This document shows positions 25,583 through 37,453 of a DNA stretch of 64,000 nucleotides, one piece after another. Position 1 is the stretch's first letter. Each line of letters opens with the position of its first letter. The DNA is from Rhodosorus marinus CCMP1338 (lineage: Eukaryota > Plantae > Rhodophyta): NCBI GenBank assembly GCA_029953675.1, contig JAMWBK010000012.1:496001-560000 (forward strand), read 5' to 3'. The position numbers were made by a program, and so were the translations under genes. The notes beneath the pieces were generated by a model that did no database searches, was not told where the DNA came from, and saw only the letters and a list, made by a program, of their open reading frames with translations.

Positions 25583-27388
25583 CTAGAACCAACCGGATAC
25601 GACGTTGTCGACGAAATCAGCGACGTCGTTTGTGTAGTCCACCGCGGCATTATATGCGTCTTCTGCACCGTCCGCGACAGCCTCTTCGGCGTCTTCTGCA
25701 GCATCGTATACGTAATCTGCCATGTCCTCGACATTATCTTCAATTCCCGAGGTCAAGTCAGCAATGGCATCTGCGGCGGCGTCTATGGCACCCTCGGAGG
25801 TGTTTATGGCGTCCTTGCAAAAGGCAGAGGTGTCGTTGGCGGCGCTTGCAATCGCAGTTCCTACTATGTCGCCCGTGGTATCGAAGAAGTCTTCGGCGTG
25901 GGAGACGATCCACGTCAGCTGACTATCGACAAAGTTCGCGACGGCGGTAAAGAACTGCGCGATGCCACCGATATTAATGCTGAATCCAAACTGGTCGTTC
26001 TCCAGGTCGAATGCTGCAGTCACGGCGAGCGATATACCTCCCCCCAGTTCAAGCCCAAAGCTTACACGTATCTCTTCGGTGTTCACCAGGAATCCCATGG
26101 ATACGCCGCTGCTGGAGGAGTCAAGACCATCCAGCAGTTCCACTGCGCTCGAAACTTCCCAGCCGGAAAGCCAGCCAAGTGCGTCAGCTGCACCATCGAT
26201 AGCCTCGAGGATCGAAGTCGCGAAGGTCACGACGGTATCCAGGATCGCGTTGCTCTCCTGCGTGTACAAGTAGACACCCGGATACACAGTCGTTCCAGTT
26301 GACAAACTGGCCGTGGCGGTGGTGAGATACGCGGTGAACTCAGCGAGCTCCATGTCCTCAAAATCTGGGAGAGCTCCGAGGGTCAAGCTGCTGAGCTCAA
26401 GGTTCCAGTCGAGCTCTCCAGTCATGAGGATTGAGATGTCGATAGAGGATAGTGCATCCAGAATGTCAGCACCAGCTTCTTCGACTGAAGCGGCGTTGAT
26501 CAGGTCATTGAACTCGGAGGCATCAGCGGTGGTGTATACGGTTCTCTGGAAGCTTCCACTGAGGGACACGCAATCCGGCAGACTGAACTTTTCGGAACTT
26601 ATGTCCACGTCAACGGCGTCAAAGTAGGTTCCGGCGAGGGCGATCTCCTCCGCTCCATTGGCTGTCATGACGGTGCCGGTGGTCTGGAAGGAATTGGTCA
26701 GGGAGACGCCGACGGCGATGGCGTCAAGGGCGAGCTCGACGGATTCTCCTACGACCGAGGACAGACCGCCGGATCCCTCAAGGGCGGCGGTGTTGGCGAA
26801 CAGGCAGTTGATCAAATTGGAGTTGACGGTGAGGGCGAAGCTAGGCAAGTCACTGCACGTGGTGAAAGCCAGGCACATTGTCAGGTATTCTCCAGACTCG
26901 ACAGTGGGACAAATCGCGGTGATTGCAGGGATGCTGAACGCCAACACTGACCACTCTCCGCTGTCCGCGACGGGGATCATGCTACAGCCCGAGGCATCGA
27001 TACCGTCGTCCTCCGGCTCCAGAATTGCCGACGCCTCAAAATCCCCCAAGCACACAGCTGAGTCCATTACCCCGGAGGTCTTCTCGTACGCACTCAGCGC
27101 ATCCACTAGAGCGCTCACCGCTCCATCCGCCACCGTCTCGATCACCGGAGAAAGGTCCCCAGCGCCTTCCAGAACAGAATCCATTGCGTTGGTCAGCAGA
27201 TCCACGAAGTCGCTCAGCGTGGCACATCCCAGGTACCCATCCGCAGCGCTGGGAAAGATCCCTGTCGGAGTACACGTCGAGCTTCTGGACGACTTGATCG
27301 AGTCCAGTTTCAGATGTCGAACTGGAACGCCGGAAACGGCAACAACAGCCGCGCACAAGACCATCAAAGTCACTCTTAAGCTAATCAT
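25583..27388 (-). CDS. Secreted hyperacidic protein of unknown function (601 aa)
   Basis: Long intronless ORF; signal peptide MISLRVTLMVLCAAVVAVSG from ATG 27388; D/E/A/S/T-rich; TATA upstream. Confidence 0.88.
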   Translation of the reverse strand: MISLRVTLMVLCAAVVAVSGVPVRHLKLDSIKSSRSSTCTPTGIFPSAADGYLGCATLSDFVDLLTNAMDSVLEGAGDLSPVIETVADGAVSALVDALSAYEKTSGVMDSAVCLGDFEASAILEPEDDGIDASGCSMIPVADSGEWSVLAFSIPAITAICPTVESGEYLTMCLAFTTCSDLPSFALTVNSNLINCLFANTAALEGSGGLSSVVGESVELALDAIAVGVSLTNSFQTTGTVMTANGAEEIALAGTYFDAVDVDISSEKFSLPDCVSLSGSFQRTVYTTADASEFNDLINAASVEEAGADILDALSSIDISILMTGELDWNLELSSLTLGALPDFEDMELAEFTAYLTTATASLSTGTTVYPGVYLYTQESNAILDTVVTFATSILEAIDGAADALGWLSGWEVSSAVELLDGLDSSSSGVSMGFLVNTEEIRVSFGLELGGGISLAVTAAFDLENDQFGFSINIGGIAQFFTAVANFVDSQLTWIVSHAEDFFDTTGDIVGTAIASAANDTSAFCKDAINTSEGAIDAAADAIADLTSGIEDNVEDMADYVYDAAEDAEEAVADGAEDAYNAAVDYTNDVADFVDNVVSGWF

Positions 27389-27492
27389 GTTCTTCTTTAC
27401 TGTTTTGCTTCTAGTAGGTTGATGCTCTTCTGAACTTCTCTTATATTTGCTTTTGACCACGGACCACTTCTTCAAGTCGAGCTTCTCGGGGG

Positions 27493-27501
27493 TTATATAT
27501 A
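27493..27501 (-). promoter_or_regulatory. TATA box (TATATATAA) of the hyperacidic protein gene
   Basis: 105 nt upstream of ATG; flanked by a TCTCGGG/CCCGAGA 7-bp inverted repeat. Confidence 0.6.
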
Positions 27502-28077
27502 CACACCCGAGATCCCTAACAACGCAGCTCGAGAATGGCGTTAGGAAGACTTCACCCTGCTCTGAGAAAGCCTGGGATCAGGAACGGAACCCTCCTGACG
27601 GTAAATGGTTGTGGTGAGTGGTCAAACCACGCTCTCGATGGTACGAGCCCTGCCTGAGCCATGTTGTGGTGTTATTAATGGAAACCACCAGGTACGATGA
27701 GAGATCGACTTCTCACGAAAAAGATGTGAACTCCATACGCTCACGATTTGGCTCAGTTCTGGTACAGCTCATTATTATCCGTCAGAGAACTACTCCAAGG
27801 ACCAAAGCGCTACTGCTCTCGATGACGGACTCGAGACGAAAACTCTAAGGCTCCAAACTACGGAGCGGATCAGTAAAGCTGAGACCAAATAAACTCCTCT
27901 TGAGGTAGCAAAGCTGGTTCAGCGCCGGCCAAATATAACAGTTTCACTATGGGCGAACTCTAGCTGCCATTCTTAGAGGGACTGCTTGCTGATTTATCGT
28001 AGATCAGATTTTTGCGCTGAAAAAAGTTTTGTACAACTTTTGTCCAAGAGCGCGACAAGTCAGGGATCGAAAGGACG

Positions 28078-28170
28078 GGTTTATCCGGAGGCTGAAAGAA
28101 TAAACCCCGAGAGAGAAAAACGGCTACTGAAGGCAAAGATCGCGCGCCTCAAAGAAGCGTTCATTAATGG
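28078..28170 (-). mobile_element. Diverged family A 3' end fragment
   Basis: CGGAGGCTGAAAG...AACCCCGAG...GAAGATCGCGCGCCTC-like match to the A 3'UTR. Confidence 0.65.
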
Positions 28171-29772
28171 CAAATGCGGCTACTGACGCAGATGGGGCGG
28201 GATAGGTGAATGTTAATTTCCTTTGTCTTTTCCGTTGTTTTTCTCATGCATCGTATAGCGTCTATACAACCCAAGGCTTGTGAACCGCAGTCCGAATATT
28301 CTTGGAAGCCTGCGCACTGCCCGCGTTCCTCCTTTCATCTACTGTTAAGCTAACATGGCAAACTACTTCTGAAGTCAAGCATTAAGCGGTCTCAATGCGC
28401 GCTACCCCAGTCGACCGCTGAAAAGGTAGAAATGCTCTACTTGAAATGCGAAGGAAAGACGCATTCGATGTTACGGCACTCAACGGAATTGAATTCATCC
28501 GCGGCTAAGGAGATAACTGATGAAGAAGTGCCTCGTTTCGGATGGCTGCGAACTCGCCACAGCAATGCATGTTTATTCCGCTTTTAGATGATAGCCGGGA
28601 AAAACCACCGGCATCATTGCGCGGCTGTTTGCTCGCGGGTTCCAATCTCACCGACGGACAGGTATTCGTCAGTATCTTCAATGGACTGGACTTTACTCTT
28701 CAATAGGGAATGACCCTAAAGGAATCGGTCAGAGAAACGATCGCATGCCCCAATTTTCACTGACCTTCTTCAAAAGCCGTGGATCCAGCTCCGAATAGTG
28801 GTCAAAAGCAATAGCAATGTCCGCACCACCACAACGAACTCAATTCTCATCGGCAAGCTACTAAGCTGTATTCATTAACTCCAATATTTGCGAACTTCGT
28901 ATTTAGTAACTTTTATGACAGATCGCTCAATAATTATTTAATTCGATTACTAGTTCAAGTAGAATAAATCAGAATATTTACAACGGTTCGAAATGTTCAT
29001 ATTATCTTTATTTTATTATTATCTTTCTGGTACAAACCATTTGTATTTTGTATATATTTATGTATTAATATTTACACAATAGTTTTTTGTTTTTAGCATA
29101 AAATATTAATTAATACGTATATGTCCATAGAATGCATAGAATGCGCGGTTTCGAGGCGAAAGCGTCGAAAATACTCGGAACGGGACGGTTTTGCTGAGGG
29201 TACCAGATCTGGAACATGTTTTGTACATAATTTAGATAGTAGTCGATAAATTTCAATAAAGTATAAATATTTGACAAACTAGTTCTATAATTCATTGATC
29301 TACGATAATAAAGGAATATATTATGGAAATTCGGCAACAACTGTAGGTTTTTTATATATATTTTACCGGAATTAGTAATCGAATTAAATAATTATAGGGG
29401 CCAAGTCACGAGATTTGCTAAAGACGAAGTTGTTCAATTCTTGCCACATAGTAAAAATTTAGTCGGTTGGTGGTGAAAGAATTGAGGTTTTTAGGAGAGC
29501 CAGCCAAAAGTCCCACACTTCACTGAGAAATACAGCGTATTGAAAGTACCATTGTGCTGACAGTTTGATCTGGTCGATCTCTGAAGAGGCAAGCACGTAT
29601 CTTCTGCCGTCTTTTTACACCAGATGGTACCTCGTGGATCGTTGTGAGTGAGACTGGGGTTAGTCGGTGTGGAATCAGCCATTGAAAAAAGGTGGGCGAT
29701 GATTTAGTAAGATGCGGAATCAACCTGGCATATGGGATATGATGCAGTAGTTGCAAGCAGTGGATGGATGGA

Positions 29773-30160
29773 TTTACTAGCATAGCCTGAAGCGCTACGC
29801 AGGGCGTGAAAGGGAACTAGGAACTAGGGAGAAAAGCATGCAAACCCAGGCGGCGTTGGCGCGGCTCGGGGAGCATGCTGCCAGAATATCGCCAGAGAAC
29901 GACACTGAACCAGCGTAGGAGTCCAAGATATTCAACAGGATGGTCAGTAAAACATTTCCGCTGCCACTCCAAACTGGAGTTTTCCAGATGCCAAAGCTTT
30001 TCACAATGAAAGGCTGGAACTTGTGAGAACGGCCCTCTGCACAGAGGAGACTGGCCATGCTCTAAGCAATACCGTCGTTCATTTAGTCGGCAAAGTACCG
30101 AAGCAGCGGCCCCTCGGCGAAGAGCGGCTGAGGGAAGACAGGTGCTTGGCCCAGGGAGTA
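29773..30160 (-). mobile_element. Family B 3' fragment
   Basis: TTTACTAGCATAGCCTGAAGCGCTACG end; EGRSHKFQPFIVKSFG. Confidence 0.8.
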
Positions 30161-30419
30161 GATATAGGCAGTAGATATAAGCGAGAAGATCTCCACCTGT
30201 TCAGGACTTCCTGAACACATCACCAGCTGTTGGAATTCTGCTCGCAGATTGAATAGTGATGATCATTTCTGAGTTCTGAGTTTGACGGAATGTCAACCTC
30301 AATTTAATGATTCTTCTGTATGCATGATAAAATTAGCAACCGTCGACTCGCGACAAGCGGATTCGGTATAGTCCGAGTAGTGATAACAGGGGAGTAGAGA
30401 AGACGTGAGAACTTTGCGG

Positions 30420-30482
30420 TGGTGGTGCGCTATGCAAGACGTAAAAGGAAACTAGGGACTAGGGAGAAGATCATCCAAGCCA
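30420..30482 (-). mobile_element. Short diverged family B 3' remnant
   Basis: GCGCTATGCAAGACGTAAAAGGAAACTAGG resembles the B 3'UTR. Confidence 0.5.
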
Positions 30483-31712
30483 GTAAACGAAAAAGTTGGA
30501 ATTCTTGAGACCGGTGAGTTCTTAATTGAATTATATCTCTTCCGTAGTGGTGTGAGCCTCACCATCGAATCGCATGGAACGGTTAGAGGGGCAAGAAGTT
30601 TCGCAAAAGCGGTATTATTCCCGCGGAACACTGTTCCTCAGGCGATCTTGGAACCAGAAAATTTCATCAAATATTGCCAAAAAAAGATTCTATCTAAAAG
30701 CTCTTAGACACTGTTGTGGTTGCGGTACTTCATGCAGTTCAGGTTTGGAAAATGGGTTGGATCAAGTCACGGCTTTAGCGACACCATCCTTCCACGGCCA
30801 GTTCCTTTCAATCGTATCCAACTAATTCAATCTTTATTGTTACCTTAGTGACTGAATACAGTCAATAAACTTTCAAGCGAGTCAGTCAATATTGACTGAA
30901 CACAGTCAAGATCTATGGGCGGCCAAGGCTGCTGGAGCGACTTCCCTTGGCCGCCTTTCTGCGTTAAGTGGGCTTGCCCTAGTGGGGTTGTAGTTCGCCG
31001 GGAATCTTTTGGGAGAGAAGCACTACGGTTACATTTCCCCTTCCAAGAACCCCCCTGAGATCTGTTTGGGACCGAGAGAAGTTGGCAGCGTTTCCCTGGA
31101 CGATAGGGTTTGGGGTTTACCTCGGGGATGATCGGTGTCGAGGTGCGACCGAATCCGCGCTTCTTGAATCCATTCTCGTTCCAACTTGAGCAGCAAACTC
31201 CCGCGACGCGTCCGAGAATACGTGGCGCCTTTGCCTATACCCTGAACTAAGGAAACAGAGGCTTGACCCTGTAAGGATTGCGTCCCTTCCGAATTCAAAA
31301 ATAGAGCTTCGAGATAGCACCGTCTTGAAGCATTGGAACTACCACGAGTGGAGTCAGAGGGATGTATCGAAGTTCATAAGCGCATCTAGCTAATCTTTGA
31401 CTACCGAGGATGGGCTACCAACGGCAAGGGCTATCGAAAATGGGAGGATTGCAATTCGGCGAAGAATCTCATCCGGGTTGGGTCTTCCCCCATTAGAGCT
31501 CCGCACATGTGGAGCACTCATTGTTCAGCTTAGCCCCAATAATGCCATATTGCCTCAGCAGATTCGCAAAGCAGCTCGGAAACTTGGCTCGGTCCTGCTC
31601 TACGTAGGCCGGCAACAGACGGTGTCTCCACGCGGACTTTTTGCTTCACTCAACGTACTACAGTTGCACGTCTTCAGCTCAGTTCAGATGACCTAGTTTT
31701 CTCACATTTGAG

Positions 31713-31720
31713 TATAAATA
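31713..31720 (+). promoter_or_regulatory. TATA box (TATAAATA) of the ShKT gene
   Basis: 101 nt upstream of ATG 31821. Confidence 0.55.
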
Positions 31721-31820
31721 TTCCCTCCAGACCGATGGTCTGGTGAGGGTGACTCACCTGTCACGTTCTCGTGAAAGATAACACTTGGTTTGCAATCGGA
31801 GAAGTGCCCGGGAATTAACG

Positions 31821-32243
31821 ATGAAGACGATTGCGATTGCTGTTGTGCTGGTGCTATTTGGGCTTGCTAGCTGCCTGCCCAACGTCCCACCAAGGCCCTG
31901 CACGGACTCCTACCCGTGGTGCAGGAAGGTACCGACTCGCTACTGCAGCTACGGCATCTTCAAGAAGATCTGCCAGAAGTCCTGTGGTGTGTGCCCCGCT
32001 CCGCCAAAGTGCAAAGACCTCTCTCACGTTTGCGAGAAGATTAGTCTCCAAGATTGTGTCGGCAACCTTGAGCTGGTCGCCATGTGCCCCCGCACCTGCC
32101 GAGCTTGTCCATGTAAGAACGCCACTCCTAATTGCTCCAAGGTGCCGATCAAAAGATGTTCGGAGAGGCGGATCCGGGAGAAGTGCCCAGAGAAGTGTGG
32201 CGATTGCTGCTTTAGTATCCACGGATTCTCAGTTTTCTGTTGA
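31821..32243 (+). CDS. Secreted protein with three ShKT (ShK toxin-like) domains (140 aa)
   Basis: Signal peptide MKTIAIAVVLVLFGLASC; three 6-Cys units ending CQKSCGVC, CPRTCRAC and CPEKCGDC. Confidence 0.85.
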   Translation: MKTIAIAVVLVLFGLASCLPNVPPRPCTDSYPWCRKVPTRYCSYGIFKKICQKSCGVCPAPPKCKDLSHVCEKISLQDCVGNLELVAMCPRTCRACPCKNATPNCSKVPIKRCSERRIREKCPEKCGDCCFSIHGFSVFC

Positions 32244-32660
32244 GGAAGCCGTGTGGTGCGCGACTGCTTCTTCACATATCACAGGGAAAAGTAAACTCGC
32301 TAAAGGCGGACGACTGGATCGTCGAGACGAGTCTGATTGATTGGACATGGGAGTCATTACTTCTCCACTTTGGTTTCACTCCGTCTGATAAACCAGATTT
32401 TTCATCTATGATTCAATCGCTTCCGCCGATGTTGTTAAGCAGTTCACTTATGAAGCGAACAGCCATCCAAGGCGATCGCCGCCTCGGCATGAACTCATCA
32501 GCTTGTAGAACTCTGTCCCTTCTCGCCCTCGAGCGCAGTTTCCGGGCTTTAGGAAACTCCCGAGAGATACCCCCGGTCTTCGTTGATGTGCACTTCAGGA
32601 TTCTTCCCCGTCCCGAACACGGCGGAGAGTGCTTCGTTCGCAAAAGGCTTCTTCTTTACT

Positions 32661-32745
32661 GGTTTCATGAGCATAGCCTGAAGCTTTACTAGCACCGGGT
32701 TTTTCTACCATAATCTTAAGCTCTACGTAGCGCGTAATACTACAT
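32661..32745 (-). mobile_element. Stacked family B terminal remnants
   Basis: GCATAGCCTGAAGC, TTTACTAGC and AAGCTCTACGTAGCGCG. Confidence 0.5.
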
Positions 32746-32829
32746 ACCCAGCCGATAAACAATCTCATACAATCTAAAGCCCCTCTAGGCCTATGGTTTT
32801 ATGTGGTAGGCTCCTCGACGACAAGTTCC

Positions 32830-33546
32830 TCAACGACGCTCCTCCACGGCAGACTTCTCGACAGCAGGCTCCTCGTCAATCGGGACCTCTGGCACAGGGA
32901 GTTTCTTATGATCTTTGCAGATCAAGGGTACGCTGCACCTGCTAAAGTAGTCGTATTCGTTTCTGTAGCAGCCGAACTGTCCGGATGGTGGGAAGGCATA
33001 CAGTTTCTCGGCACTCCAGTAGCACTTTCCACCTTTTCCGCAGTACCGCTTCTTGGCGATGACTTTGATGAAGATGCAGATGTTTGTGTTGCAACAACCT
33101 TCATGGTCTTCTCCTGGGTAGGCGTAGAACTCGTCCAGGCAGACGTAGTTGACGTGTTTCTTGTAGTGACCGTACGCCTTGGCCTGGAAGGGATGTTTGA
33201 TGTCCTTGTATGCGCAGCTTGCGTCAGCTCCGGCCTTGACGACGAGGAATTTATAATCATCAGCGGCCTGGAAAAAGAACTTGATGCACTTCTTCCCGTC
33301 GTAGTCGATGATGGTGGTGCAGACGAATCCAACTTTGGCCCATTTCCCGCCCACGAGGAGAGCAAAGCATTTCTTGTTCTCGTAGTCGCTGATCTTCACG
33401 TGATCGTATTGATCGGTATAGTAGCTACATTTATTCTCGTGGTAGAAAGGCCCTAGCGGGTGGTACTTCGGCTCCTCCACAACCCTGGCGCTCACAACCC
33501 CCAGAAGGGCGATCGCGGCGACGAAGGCAATCACTGCAGTCTTCAT
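32830..33546 (-). CDS. Secreted Tyr/Lys-rich 14-Cys protein, paralog 1 (238 aa)
   Basis: Signal peptide; shared CSYY, VGFVC, GCCN.(D/N)IC and RCSVPLIC motifs; TATATATA at 33647-33654. Confidence 0.92.
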   Translation of the reverse strand: MKTAVIAFVAAIALLGVVSARVVEEPKYHPLGPFYHENKCSYYTDQYDHVKISDYENKKCFALLVGGKWAKVGFVCTTIIDYDGKKCIKFFFQAADDYKFLVVKAGADASCAYKDIKHPFQAKAYGHYKKHVNYVCLDEFYAYPGEDHEGCCNTNICIFIKVIAKKRYCGKGGKCYWSAEKLYAFPPSGQFGCYRNEYDYFSRCSVPLICKDHKKLPVPEVPIDEEPAVEKSAVEERR

Positions 33547-36500
33547 TGTTTGTCTGCTTTCAAAGTACTCTCTTTCAGCCTAAAAAGGTTGGCTATGATC
33601 CTTGATGATCAGCTTCAAGCGTTTGAGTAGTGAGGATGCGTCGTCCTATATATACCTGTAGCGGGCAGAGCCATAGTTTCAGCTCCATCGAGTCCTCACA
33701 ACCCGATCAGGTTGGGGGGGGGGGGTGCGGCTCGGAGTTAGTCGAAGTACGTAGGAAATTGATACGACAAACCTTCATGCTCAAATGATCTTAGTCATCC
33801 TCTTGAACGACGCGCTTATTTGTTCGCAGCTTGGAAGCCGAGCGGAGGCCCCACGTCACCAGTGTCGACTGAACCCGTCCACAATTCTGTGGAGCTTCTC
33901 GTGATCAATCGGATTTTGAGGGAATCACAGCACTGAATATGGAGTGGATCATAGCTAGCAGCCACCACTGCTGGCCTCCACCGTACGAGCGGGAACACCA
34001 CATCCCCGCGGGGCGCCGTGGCACTTCGTCGGCAATCCAGTTTGTATTGAATCTACTTTTCTTCGCTGCAACTGATGATCAAACAAAAAGTCCAATAAAA
34101 AATTTTAGTATAGATTATAGTACTAATGCATCCAATAGAAAATGCTTTTACTTGAGTCTTTTGAATAATATCCTTAATACTTCTTATTATTTTGTATTAT
34201 GATGTTGTCCAGGCTATATTGATTTGTTTATCTCACAATATATTCGTATCGTCGAATAGAAGAACTTAAAATCGTATTGTTTCCAATAACAATGGACGCG
34301 AATGGCTAGCTGAAGACATATACCCGTTTCAAAGTAATTCAATATCAGGAAGCGGTCTCGTGGATGCCGTTCAACGACAAGGGTTTCGCGTCTGCTTGGT
34401 TGCTGGTTGCTCACGCATCATGGCCTCCCTCTAGTTTCACACATAGGGCGCGGAGCTCTTGAGGGCATTGGGATGGGTTGACGAAGCGATTCTCGTTCTA
34501 CAACAAACACAACTGGACTCTCCAGCCCCGATTTGTTGCAAAGTTCATCGTTGTTCACGAGAGACCTGAGATTTGTTCGACGCCCAACTCGGGACATCCC
34601 TATAGCCATGCAGTGCTCTGAACGTCAGGATATCCTTCCGCGTCACAGTGCCGTCCCAGCTCCAATTCGATTGCTTTCCCAACGCTCTTCATCATCTTTT
34701 TTTTTTTCTATAAACGAACAGTATGATGAAAATTTGAGCGCGTCGGGTGATAAAGAAACTCACACGCGTTTAAAGGACAGTACAAACCAACTACTATTCA
34801 ACCCACCCCACAGGAGGAGCTGCGTGTGTCCTCGACGACTCCTCCTTTCCATCCTGGCAGACAGGCTACAAAATTGCCAGACAGTCTACGTGCTTTACAC
34901 AGGAGGGCCATCCAATTCAGCATGAAACAGATTTTTCAGCTCCAGGCGTTGCCCCTCCAAGCTCCGACAATGACTCGTAACAGCTTCGGGGGGGATCCCC
35001 AAGATCCACGTCCATTTCGGAGCATCCCCAAAACATTCCTAATTGTCTTTATTTCTGACAGTATAGACTGAATTATTGATATTTAACGGCATAGTGCAGC
35101 ATCACTGATATTTTCTTACGATATCAAGAATATTTATATTCGTTTTAAGTTATAATGTAAGCACCAACGCCGTTTATCATCTTCGTTAGAAACAACAAGA
35201 AAGTTTTTAGTATAATTGTATTGTTCTTCTGGACCGTTTCCGGGGTCAGATTTATATTATATACAATACTCCATACAGTAAAAACTATGTGATGGTTGTT
35301 AAAATAAATAATTTACTAGTCATGTACGTAAAAATTGGTATCCATCCGATCGTAATTTCTTGGGAACAAGAATTCTCGTCCGCGGTGAAGCCCTTGTCTC
35401 AAATACAATTGTGTAATTCAACAAATTTTTGAAGCTCTGTACTAATATTGTACTGTTAGTACATCTTGAAGGTTCTGGAACACAACTCGCAAGCAAACTG
35501 GCGGTTCTCCTCGTGGACACCCGCGACGTGTCTCGTAAGGCATTGTACATCGGGTGACTTTCAGTGATCCTCAGGGAGCAAGGAGTCCGGTATGTTGTTT
35601 TAGACAAGAGATCTGAAAGACGCAGTTGACTACTTTTGCCCGTAACATCCTCTCAAAATATGAGAATGTGTTCGAAGGACTCCGCGGAGTTTGGGGTTTT
35701 GCCTAGTGCGATAACTCTCAAACGCTTTTGAAGATGCTGAGGAGTGCGACGCGGGTGCCTGAGATCCAACGCGGAGATAGGTTCTTTGGTTAGAGGCTCA
35801 TGCATGGTTCTCCGGGAGATAAATATGATTTAGAAAGCTTCTTTAATTTCATCTGCATGTTAGAGACTTCACGCATGGTTATCCGGGAGGTAATTTTGAG
35901 TTAGAAACCTTCATTAATAGATAAGACCTGAAAAACACAGCTGACGGCCTTTGTCTCTAACATCGCGTCAAGACATGAAAATGTGTTCGAAGGACCCCAA
36001 AGGTTTGGGGTCTTGCCTATAGCGGTAACTTTCGAACGCTTTTGAAGGTGCGGAGGGAGCGCCGGAGCGGGGATGTATGATATCCAAGGTGGAGATGGGT
36101 TCTTCGGTTAGATCCTTCACGCAAGGTTCTCCTGGAGATAAATACGAGTTGGAAAGTTTCATTAATTTCATGCGCAGGTTTAACCGATGTGAGGTTATCC
36201 TCATAGGTCAACGTATTGTCCACTTACTAAGACAGCGGTTCAAGGACTACCTAGTAATGGGGGAGATTGAATAAGCCCACTACATCTCCTACACAGTAGT
36301 AATCCACAAGCTATCGAAATCAAACTTGCCCGATGTGATGATGGATCTCCCGGGGATTGGAAAGCTGTAGCGCGTTTCTTGCCAAGGTCCGTTTCATCTC
36401 TCACCACGGGTGAGACGAGGATGGTGGGATCCTCTATGGTGCCTGTCGCTGTCGTCGGTTCCTGATCTTCTAGATAGATAGGTGGATTGCTCGGTTTGCA

Positions 36501-36724
36501 GGGAAAATCTGTGTCCTGACTATCAACATTTGAAAATCACGTTTTATGTTCTTTACTCAAAGATCCCGAAAAGACGAGAGCAATGAAAACGTTTTATACG
36601 AAAACAAGGCTAAAAACGCGATCTGCTAAGGTGGCGGAGGGGAAGATGAGATGAGATGCTCAAATATCTCCAAGACGTGTGGGTGATCCCTTCCGCCGGG
36701 GAGGGAGAGGTTCCCGCTGGAGAC

Positions 36725-37453
36725 TTATGCGGTCTCGTCAACCATGTCTGGCTCTTCCAGCAGCTCGGGCACTGGCAGCTCGGGCACTGGCAGCTCCGGA
36801 TCAGGCAGTTTAATGTGATCCTTGCAGATCAAAGGCACGGAGCACCTGGTGAACCAGTCGTAATCGTTCTTGCTACACCCGTAGCCGAAGGTCGGCGGGG
36901 TGGCATAGATCTTCTTGGGTGCCCAGTCGCACTTGTTCTCCTTCGCGCAGTACCACTTCTTGGCGATGACCTTGATGAACAGGCAGATGTCAGAGTTGCA
37001 GCAGCCTTCCAAATTCTCTCCTGGGTAGGCGTAGAACTCATTGAGGCAAACGTAGAGAGTGTGCTTCTTGAAGAGACCGTAGGCCTTGGCCTGGAACGGA
37101 TTCTTGATGTCCTTGTATGCACAGTTGGCATCAGCTCCTGCCTTGATGGCTGAGAACTTGTAGCCGTCAGCGGCGTAGAAGTAGAACTTGATGCACCTCT
37201 TGCCGTGGTAGTCGACGATGCTGGTGCAAACAAATCCGACCTTGCCCCATTTGCCCCCGATGAGGAGTGGGTAGCACTTCTTGTTCTCGTAGTCGTATAT
37301 CTTCACGTGGTCATACTGATCAGCATAGTAGCTGCACTTCTTCTCATGGAAATAAGGCTTCCATGGGTGGTACTCGGGTTCGTGATCGGGCTTAGCGCTC
37401 GCCATACCCATCAGGGCAAAGGCGGCGATCAATACAATAACTGTGGTCTTCAT
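36725..37453 (-). CDS. Secreted Tyr/Lys-rich 14-Cys protein, paralog 2 (242 aa)
   Basis: Intact ORF, signal peptide, C-terminal PELPV repeats; TATA-equivalent reads TACATAA (37547-37553). Confidence 0.93.
   Translation of the reverse strand: MKTTVIVLIAAFALMGMASAKPDHEPEYHPWKPYFHEKKCSYYADQYDHVKIYDYENKKCYPLLIGGKWGKVGFVCTSIVDYHGKRCIKFYFYAADGYKFSAIKAGADANCAYKDIKNPFQAKAYGLFKKHTLYVCLNEFYAYPGENLEGCCNSDICLFIKVIAKKWYCAKENKCDWAPKKIYATPPTFGYGCSKNDYDWFTRCSVPLICKDHIKLPDPELPVPELPVPELLEEPDMVDETA

Noticed and set aside
36656-37153. Antisense ORFs over the secreted genes (also 32803-33456, 49899-50396, 56338-56904, 62233-63201, 26658-27422)
   Set aside because: Mirror-frame ORFs expected from GC3-rich codon usage; they repeat only because the sense gene is duplicated.
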